Virus record (IMG/VR): IMGVR_UViG_3300035659_000020
Coordinates: 1-52,287 of that record
DNA length: 52,287 nucleotides
DNA from: a virus
Lineage: Duplodnaviria > Caudoviricetes
Reading direction: 5' to 3' (one strand)
Of this stretch, positions 25,380-33,844 are shown piece after piece. Each line of letters opens with the position of its first letter. Position 1 is the first letter of the stretch. Made by a program: the position numbers and the translations under genes. The notes beneath the pieces were generated by a model. It was not told where the DNA came from. It ran no database searches and was given only the letters and a program-made list of their open reading frames with translations.

Positions 25380-26774
25380 ATGACAATAAGATATGTAGGT
25401 ATAGGTGGAAATAATGGTAATAATGGTCTTTCTTGGGATACAAGAAAATTAACTTTAAATGGTGTTGAAGACACTCCTGTAGTGGCAGGCGATATTGTTT
25501 ATGTTGGTGCAGGTGTATATAGAGAAATGTTAACTCTAGATGTATCAGGAACAAATGATAGCACTAGAGTTACTTATATAGGGGATGTTACAGGAGAAAA
25601 TACAGACCATATTGGAGGTACAGTTCGTATAACTACAAGTGATGATGATATAACAAATACTAGAGATAATTGTATTACTGATGGAGGTAATAGTAGAAGT
25701 TATCGTACTTTTAGAGGATTTAGTATGGGAGCAGCTCCCATTACTGCTTCTTATCATCCATTTACATTAACATCAAGTACTAGTGATTATGTAATTGTTG
25801 AAGATTGTTCATTCCATGAAACGGGATTTGCTAATGCATATGGATTTTATATAAGTAGTAGAAATTGTATTGTCAGACGTTGTTATTTTCAAGGCATTGG
25901 GGCTGCTTGGTTTGGTAGTGCTAGTAGAATGACAGCTTGTAATAATTTAGTAGAAAATTGTATAATAATTGGTGGAAATGTTGGAGTAGGAGTTGTTTGG
26001 CAAGAAGGTAATTATACTAAAAATTGTACTATAGTTTCTTGTACATATGGATTTTATATAGTTAATGGTACAGCTTCAAATGTACAATTAACAGTAACAA
26101 ATTCAATTATTACCCTTTGTAGAACAGATATACATATTGATTATGCGTATCAACTTTCAGAAAATTATAATAATTCTAGTGATATTACTGCTACAAGAGC
26201 ATTTTCGGGTGCAAATGATAATGATTATACCCCCATATTTCAATCTTCTATTTTATACCCTGGTATTAGTTATGGTATCACTAACTTTGTTGAATTATCA
26301 GAATATTCTCCATTGAAAGCTATAGTTGGTACAAATGAAGCAACTACTGATTTCTATGGAATGACTCGTCCTACTACTTCAGGTAAAAAATCTTGGGGTG
26401 CAATTCAATATGATAATGTAGTAAAAGATGGAACTACAAAATATTCTGGAAATTATAGTCTTAAATTTAAAGATGCAGGAAGAAAACAACTTATTATCAC
26501 AGGTACTTCTGCAATAACTACTGTTACAAGTATTAAAGTGTATAGAGATTCTAACTATACAGGAACTTACCCTCAAATGATTATAAAACAACCTGGGCAA
26601 TCTGATAGAACAACAACAGATACAGGTAGTTCTGGAACTTGGAATACACTTACAGATAGTTTTACCCCTGCCACATATCCTCCTTATATTATTGTAGAAT
26701 TGGTAAGTAATAACACCGCTACTTCAGGTAGTTATGCAGTATATTTTGATAGTTTAAGTTCAGGAGGTTCTTAA
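25380..26774 (+). CDS. Parallel beta-helix (pectin lyase-like) virion protein, paralog 1
   Basis: AGDIVYVGAGVYRE, repeated EDC/RRC/ENC/KNCT rungs, C-terminal beta-sandwich-like region. Confidence 0.75.
   Translation: MTIRYVGIGGNNGNNGLSWDTRKLTLNGVEDTPVVAGDIVYVGAGVYREMLTLDVSGTNDSTRVTYIGDVTGENTDHIGGTVRITTSDDDITNTRDNCITDGGNSRSYRTFRGFSMGAAPITASYHPFTLTSSTSDYVIVEDCSFHETGFANAYGFYISSRNCIVRRCYFQGIGAAWFGSASRMTACNNLVENCIIIGGNVGVGVVWQEGNYTKNCTIVSCTYGFYIVNGTASNVQLTVTNSIITLCRTDIHIDYAYQLSENYNNSSDITATRAFSGANDNDYTPIFQSSILYPGISYGITNFVELSEYSPLKAIVGTNEATTDFYGMTRPTTSGKKSWGAIQYDNVVKDGTTKYSGNYSLKFKDAGRKQLIITGTSAITTVTSIKVYRDSNYTGTYPQMIIKQPGQSDRTTTDTGSSGTWNTLTDSFTPATYPPYIIVELVSNNTATSGSYAVYFDSLSSGGS
26544..26671 (+). 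repeat. ~128-bp direct repeat, copy 1
   Basis: AGAGATTCTAACTATACAGG...TTTTACCCCTGC identical by eye to 27915-28042. Confidence 0.85.
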
Positions 26775-28145
26775 ATGACAGTACGTTATGTAGGCCCTGG
26801 AGGTAATAATGGTAATAATGGTCTTTCTTGGGATAATCGTAAACTAACTTTAGATGGTGTAGAAGACACTCCAGTTGTAGCTGGTGATATTGTTTATGTA
26901 GGCCCTGGAGTTTATAGAGAACAATTAACTGTTGATGTATCAGGAACAAGTGATGTAGCAAGAATTACTTACATAGGAGATGTTACAGGAGAAAATACAG
27001 ATGGTATTGGGGGAATAATAAGAATTACTGGTAGTAATAATGATACTACATCAACTAGAAATTATTGTATTTATGGACAAACAAATAATTATCGTACTTT
27101 TAGAGGATTTACTCTAGACTTTGCTGTATATCAAGAAATTGGACTACAAAATGCTCCAACAAATTGGATTATTGAATATTGTGATATCCGTATAGGAGGT
27201 AGTAATAGTCTAATTTATATAGGAGGTTCTTCAAATATAATAATTAGAAATTGTATTTTATATGGTAGTACTTCAAATTCTGGAATTACTATATATAATA
27301 CAGTTGCTTCCAATATATTAATTGAAAATTGTTTACTTGGAGGATGTAGAAATGAAGTTGTACTTAGTAGCTCAACAGGAGTAATGATTAAGAATTGTAC
27401 TTTTATTGGAAATGGAATGTTTTGGTCAGCAGATGGTGGTATATATATATCCACTGCTACAGGAGGTGGATACCAAGTATCTGTATATAATTGTATTTTC
27501 GCTGGTGGTTATAGTTGTTTTTATGCAACTGGTGTAAATGATATTGATGAAAATTATAATTGTATTTGTGGTGAAAGTGTGCCTAGAACAAATACAAATA
27601 CAGGTGCAAATTCTAATATATATTCTCCTATATTTGAAAGTCCTATTTTAGTAAATACATTTAAATTCCCATATCGTTTTTTTGAACTATCTATAGATTC
27701 TCCAGTAAGAGCTATTACTGGAACAAGTACAGCTACTAATGATTTTTATGGATTAGCTAGACCAACTACAGAATCTAAAAAAAGTTGGGGGATGATTCAA
27801 GCTTCTTCTATATCTACAACAGATGCTATTGTTATAACTTTTGAGGACGCAGGGCGTAAACAAATTCTTATTCCTAAATCACTTATTACATCAGGAATTA
27901 GTGTCAAATGTAAAAGAGATTCTAACTATACAGGAACTTACCCTCAAATGATTATAAAACAACCTGGGCAATCTGATAGAACAACAACAGATACAGGTAG
28001 TTCTGGAACTTGGAATACACTTACAGATAGTTTTACCCCTGCTTTAAGTCCTTGGTATGTAATGGTAGAATTGGTAAGTAATAATACTGATACATCTAAT
28101 CCAACCACAAACAATGCATATTTTAAAGATTTAACGGTGGGATAA
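26775..28145 (+). CDS. Parallel beta-helix virion protein, paralog 2
   Basis: Near-identical N-terminus to paralog 1; IRNC/IENC/IKNCT rungs. Confidence 0.75.
   Translation: MTVRYVGPGGNNGNNGLSWDNRKLTLDGVEDTPVVAGDIVYVGPGVYREQLTVDVSGTSDVARITYIGDVTGENTDGIGGIIRITGSNNDTTSTRNYCIYGQTNNYRTFRGFTLDFAVYQEIGLQNAPTNWIIEYCDIRIGGSNSLIYIGGSSNIIIRNCILYGSTSNSGITIYNTVASNILIENCLLGGCRNEVVLSSSTGVMIKNCTFIGNGMFWSADGGIYISTATGGGYQVSVYNCIFAGGYSCFYATGVNDIDENYNCICGESVPRTNTNTGANSNIYSPIFESPILVNTFKFPYRFFELSIDSPVRAITGTSTATNDFYGLARPTTESKKSWGMIQASSISTTDAIVITFEDAGRKQILIPKSLITSGISVKCKRDSNYTGTYPQMIIKQPGQSDRTTTDTGSSGTWNTLTDSFTPALSPWYVMVELVSNNTDTSNPTTNNAYFKDLTVG
27915..28042 (+). repeat. ~128-bp direct repeat, copy 2
   Basis: Encodes the same RDSNYTGTYPQMIIKQPGQSDRTTTDTGSSGTWNTLTDSFTPA peptide. 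Confidence 0.85.
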
Positions 28146-28717
28146 TGGCTATTATATGGATTGGTAATCAACCACAGACTATATTTTCTAGCACAGTTGC
28201 AGGTGGATTTGAAAATTGGTTAACAAATTATATTTGTATTGATATACAAGCATTTGGAACTACTGTATTTTCAGGGATTTCATATAAATCAGTTTATATT
28301 GAAGGTACTGCTCAAATACTTCTTCCCGATAGTGATATTACAGTAGGGTCTTGGAAAAATGAATCTAGTGGTTCTGTATTATATCCATCTTTAGAGGATA
28401 ACAGTGATTCTACTTATGCTTGGTATAACCATGCTGTAGTTAATGATTATTTTGAGGTTAGTTTAGATAATCCACCAAGTACACCCTCTGCAACAGCACA
28501 TACAATATTATGGAGAGCTTATAAGAAAGCAGGAATTCAAACTGTAACTCTGAAATGTGAGCTTAGACAAGGTGCATCTACTGTAATTGCTTCTGATACA
28601 CAAACGATGACAACCAGTGTAGTCGAATTTCATAAAGCATTAACATCTGGGGAAATATCTAATATTAGTAATTACAATGATTTACGTATTCGCGTAACGA
28701 TAATGTCAGTGACATAA
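28145..28717 (+). CDS. Virion protein homologous to the C-terminal domain of the 1402-aa protein
   Basis: Shared P.SDIT.GSWKNE..GS.LYPSL.D.SDS.YAWY...WRAYKK.GIQ.VTLKCE..QG...DLR.RVTI. Confidence 0.75.
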   Translation: MAIIWIGNQPQTIFSSTVAGGFENWLTNYICIDIQAFGTTVFSGISYKSVYIEGTAQILLPDSDITVGSWKNESSGSVLYPSLEDNSDSTYAWYNHAVVNDYFEVSLDNPPSTPSATAHTILWRAYKKAGIQTVTLKCELRQGASTVIASDTQTMTTSVVEFHKALTSGEISNISNYNDLRIRVTIMSVT

Positions 28718-31700
28718 TGGCTACTAGATTTTATCTTCCTTCTACGGGTACTGCCCCTGCTTCACCAGCCTATAATACAGCTTGGGAAGTAACGGCTCAG
28801 GCTGCTAGATACCCTGCTTACACAGTTAAGCAATCTAGTAGCATGACTACAGTATCCAGAACGGGAGATGCTGACAAAACCCTTCAGGATGTATTATTGT
28901 GTCAGTATGTATCTCAGCCCCTAATTGCACAGACAATTGCAGCACAAAACGTCACCTTTGTTATTCGTGCCTTAGAAACTAATGCATCAAATAATCTATA
29001 TATAAGTATTAGTATCCGTTCTTGGAGTGGCTCAGCATTTCAAGACCTTTTCTCTACAACAATTACATTAGACACTCTTGAAGTACCAATAACCACTCTT
29101 ACTAATCGTACTATGACTGTTGCTACTACAGCTAGAACAGTCGCATTAAACGACAGACTTGTAATTGAAATCGGTTTATCTGGAGACCCTGCTCAAAGTG
29201 GTTCTGATTATCACAATGGTAGTCTACGTATTGGTGACAATTCTGGTTCAGACCTTGTTAACAACGATACTGATACCAATGATTACTGTCCTTGGATAGA
29301 ATTTGCTACTGGTGTTTCTTTAGCTCTTCCCGCTAGTACCAGTAAAAGTGCTTATCTTAGGGGTGAAATAAAGGTTGTTACTAGTAAATCTTCTTATCTA
29401 AAAGGTGGTACACCAGTCTCTAGTAGCAAATCCGCATACCTAACTGCTATTGCAAGTGCTGACCCAACTGTAACTTATGTAGCTCTTTATGTACCTCCAA
29501 TTTCTGGAACTTCTGCAAGTACAAATAAAAGTGCTTATCTAAAAGGATTATCTACCACTTTAGGTTCTAAAAGTGCTTATACTAAAGGTGGAATAAAAGT
29601 ATCTGCTAGTAAATCATCTTATTTAAAAGGTGGTACAGGTATTGTTACATCAAAAAGTAGTTACCTTAAAGGTTCTATTAATGTTGTAACATTTAAAAGT
29701 GCTTATCTTCGTGGTGGAATAAAGGTAGTTACTAATAAAGCTGCATATTTAAAGGGTAAGAACACAGGTGTAACTAATAAAGCTGCATATTTAAAGGGAC
29801 AAAGTACTGGTGTAAGTTCTAAATCTTCTTATTTGAAAGGTTCTGCAACATCAGTAAGTTCTAAATACGCCTATTTGAAGGGTGGTATAAAAGTTACCAC
29901 TTCTAAATATGGTTATATAAAAGGTAAGAATATAAGTTCAAGTAATAAGCCAGCCTATATGCGTGGTGGTGTAACAGCCCCCACAAATAAGGCTGCTTTC
30001 TTAAAAGGACAATCTACTGGTATAACTTCTAAATCAGTCTATCTACTCGGCGGAATAAAAGTTGTTACATCTAAGCCTGTCTACCTAAAAGGTAGTGCTG
30101 TAGGAACAGTCTCTAGGTCTGCATATATAAAAGGTTCTGCACTCGCTGTAACTAATAAACCAGCATATACAAAGGGACAATCCTCAGGAGTAAGTAGTAA
30201 ACCTGCTTACACTAAAGGTGGCATTACTTCTACTAGTAGTAAATATTCTTATTTAAAAGGTGGAGTTACTTCTACTACAAGTAAACCAGCTTTTATTAAG
30301 GGTGGTATAACTGCTACTACTAACAAAGCTGTATACTTAAAAGGTTCAGCACCAACAGTAAGTAGTAAGCCAGCATACACTAAAGGTCAATCCGCCATAA
30401 TAACTAACAAGTCTGCTTATACTAAAGGTTCTGCACTAGCAATTAGTAATAAGTCAGCCTATCTACGTGGGGGCATCAAAGTTGTTACTAGTAAAGCTTC
30501 TTATATAAAGGGTTTTTCTACTGGAGTTAGTTCTAAAGCCGCTTATTTGAACGGTCAAGCAGGGCAGGGGATAACTTCTAAATCTGCCTATTTGAAAGGG
30601 CAATCTAGTGTAGTTAGTTCTAAATCTGCCTATATTAAAGGTCTTCTAACTACAGTAACTTCTAAAGCAGCCTATCTAAATGGGTATGTTCCAGTAGTAA
30701 GTACAGTTGCTCATGCCTATATCAGCGGTAAAAATACTATAGTAACAAATAAATCAGCCTATCTACGTGGTGGAATAAACGTTACTACGAGTAAGGCTGC
30801 TTTCTTAAAGGGACAATCATTAACATCTACATCTAAAACTGTGTACTTGAGAGGTGGAGTTACAGCAACTACTTCTAAATATATCTATTTGAAGGGGCAA
30901 GCTCTTGTTGTATCTAATAAGCCAGCCTACCTACGTGGTGGAATTTCTACTTCTAAGCCAGCATACTTAAAAGGTGGAATAAAAGTATCTTCTAGTAAGC
31001 CAGCATATTTGAAAGGCTCTGCTAGTGGTATAACTTCTAAGTCAGCTTACATAAGAGGCAGTTCAACTGCTATTACAAGTCGTACAGCTTACTTAAAGGG
31101 TCAATCTACACAAGTTACTTCAAAATTTGCATACTTAAAGGGTAGTACTAACACTGTTTCAAATAAGTCTGCTTATTTGAGAGGTAGTTTAGTAGTTACA
31201 ACTTCTAAACCAGCATATATTAGAGGTGGAGTTTCAAGTTCTAAACCAGCTTACTTGGCTGGTGGTATCAAAGTTTCTACTTCTAAACCTGCCTATATTA
31301 AAGGTTCAACAAGTGGTGTAACTTCTAAATATGCATACACTAGAGGTCAATTAACTTCTATTGCATCTAAAGCAGCATATACAAAAGGTAAAAGTGATTG
31401 GCTAACACAAAAACCTGCCTATACTTCTGGTAAGAATACATCAGTAACATCTAAATCTGCATACATTAGAGGACAATTAAGTACATCTGATTCTAGACAT
31501 GCCTACATGTCTACTGATGCAAAGGTTAATTCTTATAAACATGCTTATCTATTAGGTCTTCTACCAAACTCTACTGCAATTCAGGCATATACAAGAGGTC
31601 AAGCATTTACTGTTACAAGCAAACATGCTTATCTTATAGGTGGAGTTGCTTCTAATAAACAAGCATATCTAAGAGGTGGAGTAAATCCAACTACACTTGC

Positions 31701-32925
31701 TCATGCTTATATTAGAGGCCAAAGTACAACAATAAATAATAAACCTGCTTATATTAGAGGTTCTATATCTGTAGTAACATCTAAGAGTGCTTACCTTAAA
31801 GGTCAATCTCAGGTCAATGCACAAAAGTATGCTTATCTAAAAGGTAAAGATACTAGTGTATCAAGTAAACATGTTTATCTAGCTGGTGGTATAAAGACAA
31901 TAACTTCAAAGGCAGCCTATATTAAAGGATTGTCTCTTGGAGTTACTTCAAAGTCTGCCTATCTTGTAGGTCAATCAGGGCAAGGTATAACATTAACACA
32001 TGCTTATTTAAAAGGTCAGTCTACTTCAAGTAGTAATAAATCAGCTTACCTTGCTGGTGGAATAAAAACTTCTTCAAGTAAGTCTGCATATATAAAAGGC
32101 CAATCAACTAGTAACACATCTAAATATGCTTACCTAAATGGGTGGTCTAGTAATACTACAGTAATTCATGCGTATATAAAAGGACAATCTACATGGGTCA
32201 CTTCAAAGTTCGCATATTTGAGAGGGTCTTCTACAGGTTTATCATCTAAAAGTGCTTATTTACGTGGTAGTGCATCTGCAATAACTAGTAAATCTGGTTA
32301 TATTAAAGGCTCTGCACCAGCAATTAGTAATAAATCTGCTTATATGCAGGGGTGGTTGTCAATTTCTACCAATAAGGCAGCATATTTACAAGGTAAACAG
32401 CTTACACAAACTAATAAATATGCATATCTAGTTGGTGGAATAAAAGTAACAACCAACAAATATGCTTATCTTAATGCACAAGCTATAATTACTTCCAGCA
32501 AAGCAGCATATCTAGAAGGAACTGGTCAATTCTTAGTTCCTGTTTCTGATATTACTACTGGTAGTTGGAAGAATGAACTGAATGGTTCTGAATTATATCC
32601 ATCACTGGCTGACCCAAGTGATTCTGATTACGCTTGGTATGAAAATTCATTAGTGGGTGCTTACTTTGAAGAGAGATTAATTATTCCATCTACTCCAGGC
32701 TTAGGAAATTATTATATAAAGTGGAGAGCATATAAAAAAGATGGTATTCAATCTGTAACTTTGAAGTGTGAAATAAAACAAGGTACTTCTATAATTGCAA
32801 CTGATATCCAAACTCTAACTAGTAGTGTAGTTGAATATACTTATCAACTTACATCAGGAGAGATAGCTTTGATTACAGATTATACAGACTTACGTGTACG
32901 TGTAACTATTATTCAAATAATTTAG
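28717..32925 (+). CDS. 1402-aa fibre-like protein with roughly 75 copies of a 14-aa SKxAY(L/I)KG repeat
   Basis: ~200-aa N-terminal domain, repeat shaft, ~135-aa C-terminal domain. Confidence 0.8.
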   Translation: MATRFYLPSTGTAPASPAYNTAWEVTAQAARYPAYTVKQSSSMTTVSRTGDADKTLQDVLLCQYVSQPLIAQTIAAQNVTFVIRALETNASNNLYISISIRSWSGSAFQDLFSTTITLDTLEVPITTLTNRTMTVATTARTVALNDRLVIEIGLSGDPAQSGSDYHNGSLRIGDNSGSDLVNNDTDTNDYCPWIEFATGVSLALPASTSKSAYLRGEIKVVTSKSSYLKGGTPVSSSKSAYLTAIASADPTVTYVALYVPPISGTSASTNKSAYLKGLSTTLGSKSAYTKGGIKVSASKSSYLKGGTGIVTSKSSYLKGSINVVTFKSAYLRGGIKVVTNKAAYLKGKNTGVTNKAAYLKGQSTGVSSKSSYLKGSATSVSSKYAYLKGGIKVTTSKYGYIKGKNISSSNKPAYMRGGVTAPTNKAAFLKGQSTGITSKSVYLLGGIKVVTSKPVYLKGSAVGTVSRSAYIKGSALAVTNKPAYTKGQSSGVSSKPAYTKGGITSTSSKYSYLKGGVTSTTSKPAFIKGGITATTNKAVYLKGSAPTVSSKPAYTKGQSAIITNKSAYTKGSALAISNKSAYLRGGIKVVTSKASYIKGFSTGVSSKAAYLNGQAGQGITSKSAYLKGQSSVVSSKSAYIKGLLTTVTSKAAYLNGYVPVVSTVAHAYISGKNTIVTNKSAYLRGGINVTTSKAAFLKGQSLTSTSKTVYLRGGVTATTSKYIYLKGQALVVSNKPAYLRGGISTSKPAYLKGGIKVSSSKPAYLKGSASGITSKSAYIRGSSTAITSRTAYLKGQSTQVTSKFAYLKGSTNTVSNKSAYLRGSLVVTTSKPAYIRGGVSSSKPAYLAGGIKVSTSKPAYIKGSTSGVTSKYAYTRGQLTSIASKAAYTKGKSDWLTQKPAYTSGKNTSVTSKSAYIRGQLSTSDSRHAYMSTDAKVNSYKHAYLLGLLPNSTAIQAYTRGQAFTVTSKHAYLIGGVASNKQAYLRGGVNPTTLAHAYIRGQSTTINNKPAYIRGSISVVTSKSAYLKGQSQVNAQKYAYLKGKDTSVSSKHVYLAGGIKTITSKAAYIKGLSLGVTSKSAYLVGQSGQGITLTHAYLKGQSTSSSNKSAYLAGGIKTSSSKSAYIKGQSTSNTSKYAYLNGWSSNTTVIHAYIKGQSTWVTSKFAYLRGSSTGLSSKSAYLRGSASAITSKSGYIKGSAPAISNKSAYMQGWLSISTNKAAYLQGKQLTQTNKYAYLVGGIKVTTNKYAYLNAQAIITSSKAAYLEGTGQFLVPVSDITTGSWKNELNGSELYPSLADPSDSDYAWYENSLVGAYFEERLIIPSTPGLGNYYIKWRAYKKDGIQSVTLKCEIKQGTSIIATDIQTLTSSVVEYTYQLTSGEIALITDYTDLRVRVTIIQII

Positions 32926-32935
32926 GAGAAATATT

Positions 32936-33835
32936 ATGTCACTTATTACTGGGGTAAACTATGACCCTTCTGGTGCTGTCTCAAAATCTGCTGCATCTCG
33001 TTTAGTTATGACCGCATTTGATACTACCAATCTTAGACTAACCTTTACTGCTCCAAGTAATGGCTATGTCTTATGTAGGATGCGTACCAATCTATCGGGT
33101 AATACTACCTTTCCAACTATTCTGCTTGGTATTCTGGAAAGTACTACTGTTGTTGCACGTATAGCCCCTATGGGTGGTATGCCTGGTACGGCATTGGCTA
33201 CGACTAATGTTACTCAAGAAGCCTTGTTTGTTGTTCCTGGTGTATCATCGGGAAGTCATACATGGGATGCGGCTTATGGGGTAGAGATATTACTAGCTTC
33301 AACTAATATCCATTATGGTGGACCTGATGATATAACTGCTAACAATGCTTGGGGTGGTTTCCAGTATGAGTTATGGACTTGTCCTAATATTCTAGGTGCT
33401 AAACTATATGACCCTGCTAGTGCCGTATCTAAAGTCACGACTTCTGCTTTAGCTATGACAGCTTTTGATACTACTAATCTGCGTATCACATTTACAGCCC
33501 CTAGTTCTGGTAATGTGTTAGTTAGAATTAGATGCCCTGTGCATGGTGCCACTACCTTTCCACAAGTGCTATTTGGGGTACTAAATGGCTCAACAGTTAT
33601 AGCTAGAACAGCTCCTATTGGTGGTCTAAAGACTACTGCGGTAGCCACAGCACTACTTACATTAGAAAGCGAGGCAATCGTAACAGGTCTTACCCCTAGC
33701 GGTAGTTACACATGGGATGCAGCTTACGGAGTTGAGACAGTTGCGGCTTCCACAGGTCTAAAATATGGGGGTCCTGACAACACTACTACCGATGATGCTA
33801 GAGGTGCCATAACCTACGAGATTTGGGCTATCTAG
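32936..33835 (+). CDS. Internally duplicated (2 x ~150 aa) probable virion protein
   Basis: YDP..AVSK...MTAFDTTNLR.TFTAPS.G.VL.R.R...TTFP...TWDAAYGVE...YGGPD occurs twice. Confidence 0.75.
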   Translation: MSLITGVNYDPSGAVSKSAASRLVMTAFDTTNLRLTFTAPSNGYVLCRMRTNLSGNTTFPTILLGILESTTVVARIAPMGGMPGTALATTNVTQEALFVVPGVSSGSHTWDAAYGVEILLASTNIHYGGPDDITANNAWGGFQYELWTCPNILGAKLYDPASAVSKVTTSALAMTAFDTTNLRITFTAPSSGNVLVRIRCPVHGATTFPQVLFGVLNGSTVIARTAPIGGLKTTAVATALLTLESEAIVTGLTPSGSYTWDAAYGVETVAASTGLKYGGPDNTTTDDARGAITYEIWAI

Positions 33836-33844
33836 GAGGATTAG

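Noticed and set aside
26544-28042. Diversity-generating retroelement TR/VR pair
   Set aside because: Copies look identical rather than differing at adenines, both are coding, and no reverse transcriptase is in the window.
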